From contig JASANG010000611.1 in the NCBI GenBank assembly GCA_030248215.1, forward strand, positions 558,001 to 622,000: 64,000 nt of DNA. The letters run 5' to 3'. Below are positions 26,610-37,644 of the stretch, piece by piece. Source of the stretch: Enoplolaimus lenunculus (lineage: Eukaryota). Position 1 is the first letter of the stretch; every line of letters begins with the position of its first letter. A program made the translations under genes and the position numbers. Below the pieces are notes generated by a model. That model was not told where the DNA came from. It searched no databases and was given only the letters and a program-made list of their open reading frames with translations.

Positions 26610-26872
26610 CCCCTTCACACATTGAGTTGCCTGTAGGCAACTCAGTGCAGTGTATATACGTTAAATAGTATATATCGCACCGTGTTTAACAATTGCAACA
26701 CGTATACATAGTACTAAATCACCACAAGACGTGAGAGCCCCCTCGGGCTCGAGCGTCAAGCTCCTATAGCTGAGTGGTGATGGTATACGCCTCCCACTCC
26801 AGCCACTGGAGTTCGAATCCTAGCATAAAAGTAGGTCTCAGGGGAAATAGAAAATATTCATGTGAGAAAGGG
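26610..26872. mobile_element. piggyBac-like MITE containing a tRNA-derived segment
   Basis: TTAA on both sides (26606-26609, 26873-26876); TIR CCCCTTCACACAT / ATGTGAGAAAGGG (11/13); internal palindrome TGAGTTGCCTGTAGGCAACTCA. Confidence 0.75.
26724..26824 (+). repeat. tRNA-derived (tRNA-Gly-like) SINE head or pseudo-tRNA; other copies at 46879-46980 (minus) and ~13302-13355 (minus, degenerate)
   Basis: A-box TAGCTGAGTGG, B-box GAGTTCGAATCC and CGCCTCCCAC resembling the Gly(CCC) anticodon loop, but the stems do not pair. The 46879-46980 copy also shares ~36 nt upstream of the tRNA-like part. Confidence 0.65.
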
Positions 26873-27096
26873 TTAAAAACTCGACAAGAACCAAAAGTTA
26901 AGTTTTCCACATGCTTATATGCAAAACATTCGTCACGCAGCGTCGGACGGGTGAAAGACGTTGCCGGACAGCGCCGTACGCGTAAGGCATGTTGACGGAC
27001 GGCGCCGCCGGACGTCGAGCGTAGCGCAACCTTAAAAATGACGCGTTGTTCGTGAGAGTAATAATTAATTCGCTTCATCTGAACTTTTGCTACTTA

Positions 27097-27279
27097 GGCC
27101 CATGAAAAGATCATGGGCGGAACATTTTTCTGCTGGACTGCAGTGTAAACTTAAGCTTTAGAATAATTTTTTTCGCTTACGCTCAAGCTTCCATATAAGC
27201 GCATTCTTACGTTTAGGCTCAGGCTTAGCCTTAACAATATGCATATACTACAGCTACGGCCCGGCGGCGTGTATTGACC
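27097..27279 (+). mobile_element. Telomeric-repeat MITE family T1
   Basis: GGCCCATGAAAAGATCATGGGCGGAACATTTTT...CATTCTTACGTTTAGGCTCAGGCTTAG...TACGGCCC. Confidence 0.75.
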
Positions 27280-28278
27280 GCCACTTTTAATTGTTACACT
27301 TTGAACTTCAAATGGTAGTACGCCTGCAGTATGGTTGGTTTTGTTAATCGCGCGTGAAACAGATGTGTATATATTTTTCTCACCTTTAAACATCGATTTC
27401 ATGTCATAACAAAAATGATGAATTTTTTCAATTTGATACTTTTACGGTTTTATTTTCAAAACAAAACATTTGAAACGTGTCTGGAATCTGGCAGATAAAA
27501 GTATAAATTATGATTTTGCCAAAACAACAAAATTTTGCACACTATTCGTCGTGGATCATTACGGTTTTAAATTGAAATGTTAGATTCGAGAACCTGTTTC
27601 ACTAATGCACCGTGCCCAATATTGTTTTCTGTTTGACCACAGATTTTTTCCAGTTCGACGTCTGAGCTCTCAACCAGCGTACAAGTTGAAAATTGCACGC
27701 TTGCTAAATCACGCGCAAAATTTATAATTCTGATAGTAAAGAAAAAATTTCTTAACTGAGACTTAAAATTCAGCACATTTTTCGCATTTGATTTGCTGGA
27801 CTTGTGTGCTAATTTTGATAGGAACAACTGTAATAGTGAGTTTAAAACCTATTACTAACTAATGATAGTTGCTATATCGATTTGAAAATACGGGCCCTGG
27901 TTGCAACTTGCTTTACGTGCCGTGTATACGAATTTAATATAAAATCAGTAGTGAGCGTAGAATTTAATATTTGATTTGAAGTTCGTTCATAAAGTAAGAC
28001 ATTAGGTAGATCGAAATAAAGCGTCTCTTGTACCCATCCCAGCATCGTCCACTGTAATCCCGTATTCGCCAAAAATTGCATTGTTTGAAAGTTTTTACAT
28101 TTTTCGGTTCCACATTTATATCGGTATTTTGCACAATTGAATTGAAACCTTAATTTATGATAAATTTGTCGCTCTTGAATAGGCTATTTGTAAAGTTTGA
28201 CTAAATTCGTTTCATAAGTAAAAGTTTTATCCCGAAAATCTTTTATTATACTTGCAGCTGCGAGTGCTCACCTTTACG

Positions 28279-28907
28279 CATACAGTCTCTATCGCGTATC
28301 ATCATGTATATACAATTCATGTTTTATATGTCTCATGACACTGTTTGTACTTAGATTGTGATACGCGATGCAAACACAAAAAGACGTTTAGTCTCCACCC
28401 GGTGCACAACAGAGTTCTTCTTTTGCGCAAGTTGCATGGCCCATCCCGGTTATGGTATACATGAAGCCCCCAGAAGCCAAATTGACGGGTTGTTCTGGTC
28501 CTGGCGCATGTTTACCCTGGTTTTACTAGCATGTAAAGGAACATAAAACCGGTTGCAACAACATCAGCAATGGGAGTCTTGTTTCTTCGCTGTTGTGTCT
28601 TTTGGTGGCCGGTGAACAACGAAGCTTTTGCGTTAGAATCATCAAACTCTATAAAGACTGTCTGCAGTTGTATACCCTGCCTGCACCGCTGAAGACAAAC
28701 ACACGAAACATGATGGTTTATTTGAGCGTTTTGTTTGAAAAATCTAAATGAGTGCACACTAGAATGGATATACGTAGACATGTGAGGTAAAATTCAACGT
28801 ACGTCGTGTTTTCATGGACTTTCTTGACCGCAGACATTTGACAGCATGATGCAAAATACTGCTCGCTGCATTTTCTGGACAGTAAATCTCAGAACAAACA
28901 CCATTGC
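28279..28907 (+). repeat. ~630-bp dispersed duplication, copy 1 (copy 2 at 33818-34444)
   Basis: 28311-28770 vs 33851-34310 (offset 5540): 12 substitutions in 460 bp by my count, no indels; the flanks are more diverged. Confidence 0.95.
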
Positions 28908-29778
28908 CTGTGCTGATTGCAGCAAAAATTTGTCCAATTTTCCGTATATGCAAAGGAGGTAATTTTTGGCATTGTGGAATTTGCTATAGTTTTAGGCCAA
29001 AGAATATGACTATTGCTTATAACCCATATTGAGAATATGTTGTTGTATTCGGTTTACTAAACAGAATGGCACCTAGCGCAGCGACCATATCAAGTATTAG
29101 ACAGTGTTTTGGAAAAATAACAAATTATAATCATCAAAAATTCAAATTTGAAGGCAAACAAATATTGTGCTGTGGTGTACACACAATCTGTGTGAGATGC
29201 ATATGACATTAATTTGGTATAAATCAAATGGAACATTTTCGAAGTAAAAGAAATCAATGTTTAACTTTGAATTTGCAAGTTTTGCCACACATTTCATTGT
29301 TTGCACCACAGTTCAAAAATGAGAAGTCTAAAGCATTCGAAAATTGGTTCACATCAAAATTTTATTACAATTCACAGTCACAACTCGTTTTCATTAATAA
29401 TTTAAACGCTTCCAAATCTCAGTGCGCACGCGCGCATTTAATTGCAGCTGAAGACAAATTATATACTTTTATTGTGAAACTTTGAAGTTTGATCGAAAGT
29501 GAATAAAATTGTTTCTGACAACACTTTTTATGAACAATTTTACGAAATAGAATATATGTACATGCCAGGCAAGCCCGTAAGCTCCACCTTATAGCATACT
29601 AAAGGTACTGTCCAACAATTTGGGAAAGGAAATGCGGTGATTTCACCTCACATACAAGTGGGGCTTGGGTAGCAACTACGTTTTGAGATTTGAAAACTCA
29701 GGTACATCAAAGCTTTTATTTAGGAAAGGCAATTGGTCACAAGTATGAAAATTCAAAGACAACCCCGCGAAACGAAAC

Positions 29779-29960
29779 AGCCAATGTATAGAACAGGGCG
29801 CTAACAGTAATATAAGCGTATTCGTAAGCCTTAGCCTAATTCCAAGCCAACGCCTAAGCCTAAGCGTAAGAATGAACTTATACCTAAGCTGAAGCCAAAG
29901 CCTAAGCACAAAAAAATTAAGGAACGAACAGGAACGCGGTAAGGCTAACATTTTACTCTG
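29779..29960 (-). mobile_element. Telomeric-repeat MITE family T1, partial
   Basis: GCCAATGTATAGAACAGGGC...GCCTAAGCCTAAGCGTAAGAATGAACTTATACCTAAGC. Confidence 0.7.
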
Positions 29961-32900
29961 TGATGTTTTAGCTTTAAACCGATAAAATGCGGCTGTAGCT
30001 GTCGACGACGCTCTATATTTAGAAGAATGGTGTAATTTTCTGATGAAGCATGCCGCTCGATATATAATACTGAAAAAAAAAAACACGCGAGCGAAACGAG
30101 CGAGAATCCAAACACAATTTTAGTACAAAATTGAAGCCACAAAATTTTAGTTTTGATTCCTGTTAGAGGACTTAGACTCCGGTGGCGCCGTCGTTGGATC
30201 CGCCAGTAACTCCCGTGCAGCGAAGAATCTCTTGTCTATAAGTCAAGACCTGGTAGACAGACATGAATGACTAAAACAAGCGTGGGAACCAGCGGCTTTT
30301 TTGTATCCATAACCACATTATATACGAACAAACCTGTATATATACAAGAAACACCCTACAGGTTTAACACAGGCTTACTGTCATTTGTGGGTTCCCGCAG
30401 GTAAGGTAATATTCAATGGGCTGCAGCCGTATCCGTTTTGATTTACGCGTATTTTGTATAGATCCGTGCATATAAAACAAAATTGGTCAACTGTAGCAGC
30501 TTATTTAAAATTTTCTCAACTGGACCGTTCTGGCGCCGCCCCCCACAGTCAAAACTTCTGTCGACACCCATGCTGGCTTCGGGTTTTTATTGGACTGTGA
30601 GTGACTGTGAACGAAATCGGTTTTGAGTGATTGTGTGAAACCTGTCACACATTCCGGTGTATACAGCTCTGTCAGTAGAATACTATCTATAGACACTCAT
30701 GTTTGATGAAGATATCAAGCTCACACTACATTGAAGTGGGCTGATGAGTGATAAATTTGTATTATATTCCTTATCACATGATACGTATATTTATGTGCTC
30801 AAGCATGTATATAATCAAGGTATATTATAACGGTCGCTATTTGAAATTGTATCTTGTCTAATCAGGCCTTCTGTGTGGCCAGCTACATAATCTATAATAT
30901 TGCTTTAATCTGTTGTTTTTCATTTACAAATTTGCCATTATTTTTCTATCTTCACGTGATTTTTCGCCATATAAGAAATAAAGGTTCGAATGCTGCCAAG
31001 CAAATTATTTTCAGTAAGGCAAGCCGACGATAACGGGATGATGAAACGGAGCGTGTACCCCTCAACAAAACCGGATTTCTGCAAAAGTTAATAGTGACAG
31101 CAGTACAGTACCCTATGTTTTGTCTACGAACAATTCATGGTTGTGGCCAACGGTCAATATTAAATGTATATATGCCCCCCCTGAAATAAATCTGTCACCA
31201 TTGTTTAATGTGCATGTTGTTATGTTTGATTTGGCACCAATGCGACCCCGGTATTTTTGCTTATTTCAAAATCCCATATTTTATGCACATCTGCATAATC
31301 ATAAAAGTTGTCTTGCGTATATTTTAACTTCGACAATAACTTTTGAAACTTTTACCCATGAGCATTTCACGTCTGTCACCATTTAAATGATTTCGGCAAA
31401 TATGAGCGAGTGTTGATTTCCGCAACACACTGCTCTTCGGAGCACAAATTGGACACTGGCTGTTTCGTGTATAAAACGACCATTTCTTTAAACAAAATGA
31501 ACTTGAATTTAAATTGAGTTACAATGACAACCTAACATAGATTTTGTTCAGAACGAATCTATACATGGAATTAACAACGTTTTTAATATTATATCTTGCA
31601 GTAAAGACAAATCTGAGAAGAGTTGATGCAATTTTGACCTATTGTTCGTTTACTGACGTTCTCGAACAAACTTTAAGAGTGAGATTAAAGCGAAATTTGG
31701 CCACAGAAGGCAGTTAAACAATAATCGGTATACCACTCCGTTTGAAATTTGATCACTGGTCAAAAACTGGTCACTTATATCTAGGCAAGGCATTAGTGCC
31801 AAAAAATTGAATTTTTCAAAAGTTCAACTTTGGGGTTACATTGACCGCGAGCGGTCGTGAGAAGCTCAAATATGTAGTTTTTTTCAATATCCAAAAGTTT
31901 TGGGCTAACACCGGCTGATGAGCGAAACACCTAAAAAACACCTAAAAGACATACACTTTTTCTACATAAGTTTGTATGTAAATTATTTCGTTAACTCGCA
32001 GTTATAGAGGCGAAATTCAGTAAAATGAAATCTATCCATGAATTTAAATTTTAATTTTCAATTCTCCCCATTTTCTGTTTGGTAGAACTGATTTTCTCCG
32101 AAACATTTCGTTAATTGCCGTGTCCGTTAATAATTTTTTTCTATATTTAATAAAGTTTACACATGTTGTCTGAGTGTTACATATTTGAGTAGTCTAGACG
32201 GCCATTCTTCAGCTTTGGTTTCATTTATGAACTCTATAATTACGATGTATGAGCTCTATACTATAATGGACTATAATTACAAGGATACAAACTTCTATTG
32301 ATTGGGATTAAAAATAGACCCCTCTTCATTACCCCACCCTTACTCGAGTAACAACAGTACCAGTTTTTTCTCCTGTGTGCAATAAATTGGCCTGTTATTT
32401 TTCGGTTTGCATAAAATATACGCAGAACCGATCTGCACATTTGTGATACGTTTAGTGAACGGTTTATAATGTTTCAAATGAATATATATTGTAAATAATT
32501 AATAGATTCAGTATATATTAAACATGGTCTCAGTATGACGCAAAATCGAGTTGGGTATTAGAACCACGGGTTACGGGTTATGTTGCGTTTAATGCAATGT
32601 CAGCCATACGCACAACCTTAAACCAGTCATGGTTTTTGGAAAATACGTGCGTAATTTGTTTTTCAAAACTGTAACAGTATTAAATTAAATAGACGAAAAT
32701 TAGGATATATATAATAGGGGACTCACAGGAATTTCATTTCGTTTGTTTTGATGTTTCGGATTCTACAGGTTGTTGTAAACTATTTACAAAAATATTAATT
32801 TGTTATTATTAATATTAAACCTGGGAAAAAATTTATTTAATTTTCTCTCCTCTGCGAATTTTTTGGGCGTATACACCCTTTTTGTTCCACTTTGTGCAAC

Positions 32901-33817
32901 GCATCCGGATAAAGCTACCTTTTGAAAGAGACACATGCATACGAAAAATATTGCAGAGTTAGAAACAAAGCATTTCGGTGCATGCAGTAGTGAATCGATT
33001 TGCACACTGCCAACAACGTCGCTCGTATACTATCCAAATTTCGGCTGTCACACATTTTCCCTTTTTACAATAAAGCTTAGGCTTAAGTTTAGGCACAGGT
33101 TAAGCTTAATAATTGCGACTTTTACAAGGTTTAATTCGTGCAATTAATAGTTCACTGGCACGCGTTGATTTTGAAATGAGAAGGTTGTACTGTATTAAAA
33201 ACACAAATAATTTAATGGTGACTGATAACAGACCGATTACTGCTCATTGGTTCTTGCCATCGCGTTTGGGCGTTTGGGACATACATTGCTATCACTCAAC
33301 ATCAGCGCTGTTAACTTCTGGAAAGAGGAACCAGGGTTCATCATTACCCTGCCTTCTCAGTCTAAGTGTAAAGCCTGTCACCACTGATTTAAACCATTTT
33401 GTGTTCTGTTATGAAAAACATCTGTAACAGCGTCTACTTCGACTAAATAATATCTGTTCAGAACCACGTTTATATTTCTGTTTGCCGAGACTTAACCGCA
33501 TACTTCCCGTTCCTGCAAGAAACGAAACTGAAGCACAAAAAACTATTTGTCAGAAATTGATTACTTACTATCATCCGGAAAAAATACTAATTTATGTCCA
33601 GTTCAGCGATTGACATAAAAGACGGTCGCATTACAGTTGTGCTTAGATACTTGCGCTACAGGCTGTTTTATTGTAATACCGGAAAATTAAACATACCTTT
33701 GATATAACCTACAAAAAATCTAATTTTTCAAAAATTCTATTTTGTGGTAGGAATGATCTGAAGACGTCATGGGAAGCTTAAATATACAACAACCTAGAAC
33801 ATAGTATGCTACAGAAC

Positions 33818-34444
33818 CATACAGTTTTTATCGCTCAAACCATCATCATGTACAATTCATGTTTTATATGTCTCATGACACTGTTTGTACTTCGATTGTG
33901 ATACGCGATTCAAACACAAAAAGACGTTTAGTCTCCACCCGGTGCACAACAGAGTTCTCGTTTTGTGCAAGTTGCATGGCCCATCCTGGTTATGGTATAT
34001 ACGAAGCCCCCAGAAGCCAAATTGACGGGTGGTTCTGGTCCTGGCGCATGTTTACCCTGGTTTTACTCGCATGTAAAGGAACATAAAACCGGTTGCAACA
34101 ACATCAGCAATGGGAGTCTTGTTTCTTAGCTGTTGTGTCTTTTGGTGGCCGGTGAACAACGAAGCTTTTGCGTTAGAATCATCAAACTCTATAAAGACTG
34201 TCTGCAGTTGTATACCCTGCCTGCACCGCTGAAGACAAACACACGAAACATGATGGTTTATTTGAGCGTTTTGTTTGAAAAATCTAAATGAGTGCACGCT
34301 AGAATGGATATTACGTAGACATGTGAGGAAAATTCAACATACGCCGTGTATATCATGGGCTCTCTTGACGGCTTCCTTTTGATCGCATGTTTCAAAATGT
34401 TGCTCATTGCATTTACAGGACCGTAAATGTCGGTAAACCACTGC
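33818..34444 (+). repeat. ~630-bp dispersed duplication, copy 2
   Basis: See copy 1; the ORF track shows near-identical spurious peptides (28358/33859 and 28512/34052). Confidence 0.95.
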
Positions 34445-34597
34445 AAAGGGTCTTGCTACCTAATAATTTTGTTTTCAACTATTTCGTGCGTAAGACTATT
34501 CTAGTTAGGTGCTAAGCTAGTTATGATGTATTTTAGTCCTTCAGCTACTCTGCGCTATTGCTGAAATTGCGCGTACTAACGACAAATTTAAGGCGTC

Positions 34598-34798
34598 CAC
34601 CCATGTATAGATGAGTGGTGGTCCGTTTTCCGCAGTACTACCATAAAGTAAGCGTATGCTTCTGACTTTTAGTCTTAACTTTAGATTACATTTTCTGCTA
34701 AGCTTAGGTTTATCCTTACGCTGAATCTTTGGCGTAGGCTTACGGTTAGACGTATGCTTTACTACTGTTAAGTCGCGTCGCGATATTACATACTGGGC
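34598..34798 (+). mobile_element. Telomeric-repeat MITE family T1, old degenerate copy
   Basis: CCCATGTATAGATG left end, degenerate TTAGGC units, ACTACTGTTA...ATACTGGGC right end. Confidence 0.5.
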
Positions 34799-36312
34799 GT
34801 CATTTTAAATTTTGACCGCTCTTGATTTAATAAGACATCAAGCCTAACTGAGTATGATGTTAATTAGCAAAGACTAGCTTGCAAATACCGCAATCTGTGA
34901 AGGGCATATTTGAATTTCCCATGATACTGAACCCATGAGCTCATAACTTTTGAATTGAAATCCACCACGCTGATCGATATCTATTTTACACCAAAACAGT
35001 CCAAAACTATACTTTATTAGCGATTCCAGCTGTCTGAATAATGATGAACAGCTTAGTGTGCAGTTGTGTAGCGACAACCCCATCCTGCTTGGTGTACTTT
35101 CAAAATGCGGAAGGATCAAGAAAGCTGCAGCATTATCCTGATAGTAAAAAGGCACAAAATTGATACAAAAAGCTTGGTTGTTGCAGAAAAAGTTTCCTCC
35201 TACATTTGTGTCGTGAAATTAATAAGAAATTAGGTGCGCTAAACCAGTCATCAAACGCAAAAAATGACGCAATTCAACTCAGTGCGTCGCTTTTCAAACA
35301 CAAATATACATGAAAAAATATAGATTTCTTTACTGTTGAAAATCGGTAAATTTTCGGTCCGCAGTAGTACATAAGATTACAAAAAGCGAAAGTATAATAT
35401 ATTCAAGTTCTTTAACAAATTGAATTTTAATTGAAATTTTAATCGTGGGTGGTTATGAAAAGCCAAATCAGCATTATGTTCCCATATATTAAGACAAGAG
35501 CGGGTCTTGAAGATTTGGACCAATGTTACTTTAACAATGTAACAAACAACCGAAACATATTCCTAAGTTTATGAGTCCTCAGCTTAATAAACACATGTCT
35601 AAAAGAAAGCTTAAGCGTAGCACAAGCAAAAAAATAGTCTAAAATTTAAGCCTTGTCTATTTTGGTCTAATGAGAAGGCAGGAAATAGCGGATTCAAAGG
35701 TTGGAATGCGGGCGTACACTCCCCGTCAAAAATTTTGTTATGACAAAATGGTTAAGTCCCTTCAAATTTCACCCTCAGGAATTTTTTTAATAATAAAGGG
35801 TCTCTACCTTGCAATTGTTTTCCCTTAGAATGTTATTTTGTAAAAAATGATTAGATTCCTACCATACAATTTTACCCCCATCAGCAAAATTTTTGGTGAA
35901 AAATTGCATTTCAAAACATTTTAGAGCCTGCCCACCATCAGAAATTTCTCGATTCGCCGGTAAAAGCTGCACTACTAAAAGTAACATGACTTATGTTTGT
36001 ACGAATTAGCGTAAGTATATTTTAACGTGGTTCTATCTTCTTAGAACGCAAAACGACTCATGTGTATATATAGTTCGAGGGAAGGGTGACATTCGACAGA
36101 ATCTCTGTTGCAGTGGTTTAAATCAGACGGAAACAAACCAAATCAACTCAATCTCATGTGGTCAACGCAAGTATTTATTAGTCAGTAGCAATCTTCTAAA
36201 CCTAATACCCAGCCCCATTGAAGCAGTTGCATATTAAATAACTACTTATGGAATTGTTTGTTTTACGCTCATAGCGATCAGCACGTGGGTCAGGGTACTT
36301 TGGTACTTTCCC

Positions 36313-36503
36313 TAGAGCAACTAGTTAAAACAGCTGCTCTTGAGAAACGAAAATTGACGTTTGGAAATCCAAAAAAACGCAAAATCGAGTTTCGGTTATC
36401 CGAAATGGAAAATTTTGATTTCGGATATCCGGATATCCAGATAAATATGCGGCAAGAATTGCCGGATATTTGGATATGAAAAAATATTCGATGCCCATCA
36501 CTA
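36313..36503. mobile_element. MITE ending CGATGCCCATCACTA; partial second copy at ~44566-44646
   Basis: Both loci share GATATCC..GATAAATAT..GGCAAG..TGCCGGA...GGATATGAAAAAAT.T.CGATGCCCATCACTAGTT. Confidence 0.65.
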
Positions 36504-37644
36504 GTTATGGCCCTCATCTATATACAAGCCGAGACTTCGAATCGTCTGACAGTGCCTAAAACTGCAAACAGATTTGCGAGAAAATATTACGCCGCGTGGG
36601 AATACACTTGTCACTGTGTTAGAATTGTGAGTCCCAATACAATAAAGTAAGCTTGCTTAATATCGAGCTAATATTCTTTCGAACCTGTGAAACAAATCTT
36701 TTATAAAAGGTTTTATTTTCTGAGTATTCATAGCTTTTGTTGTCTGGCACATTTTTGATTTGCGCATTTATGGCACCAAAAGGATCGCAGAGAGTAGATA
36801 TATACATAAAAGCCTGAACATTAATTATTTAATATATACTGTGTATATTACAAACACTCTACAGGCTAAAGCAATTACCTGTTATCTAGCCGACCTTCTT
36901 TATATAATTTAACGATGCCGTTTCAGATAAATGTTAAGGACTAACTTTCGGAACATCAAAGTAGTCATAGCATTAATGAGCTCTTAAAAGCGCCATATAG
37001 CAAGTATAGCACTATCCTTAGAAGTACTGCTATACTCGAGTACTTCGCCGCTGGTCACCAAATGGTATCGTACATTGAGGAAAAAGTCCATTTCAGAGGG
37101 CAACGTACGAAAAGTATTATAGCTTAACTCTAAGTGTTGCGCTACATTCTGAGTCCGTTACCGTCATAAATTGACTATTGCATCTAATAGCAATTTAATT
37201 ACGATACCGTATTCAATGGACAGCACCGTATGGTGTTAAAGTGTCAGAAAGCCTAACGACTGTCTAAGATTGGTTTAAGTTGTAATGCGAAATTTCATCG
37301 ATTCGACAACTCGTCGCCCATCAGTATTCTTTAGGCTTCGGCTTACGATTACGCTTGGCATTATGCTTAGATATATGCAAAGGTTTTTACGACAGTGTCG
37401 GGCGATTGGTTGTCATGCGACGAATTGCGTAGATTCAAGATTTGTACTTTGATATTTTAGGTACTGAATATATAATAGTAACGACCAAACCTCACCAGCT
37501 ATAATTGCCTTATGAATCTTAAATACACCAGCTTGAATAAGCGCTTTCATTACACGACAACTTTATCCGATATCAAATATCCCAGTTATTCTAATAATGA
37601 CAGACTGCCACTAAGTTGAAGCAACATTTCAAACACAACACGCC

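Noticed and set aside
26760..26824. Functional tRNA-Gly gene
   Set aside because: A and B boxes are present but acceptor and anticodon stems do not pair; multiple diverged copies indicate a repeat.
28358..28546. piggyBac transposase C-terminal Cys-rich domain (TEFFFCASCMAHPG)
   Set aside because: Only one CxxC, the other conserved Cys/His residues are missing, and there is no upstream DDD domain.
30703..30744. C/D box snoRNA (TGATGA...CTGA)
   Set aside because: Too short, no terminal stem, and the spacing is not kept in the homologous copy at ~19464.
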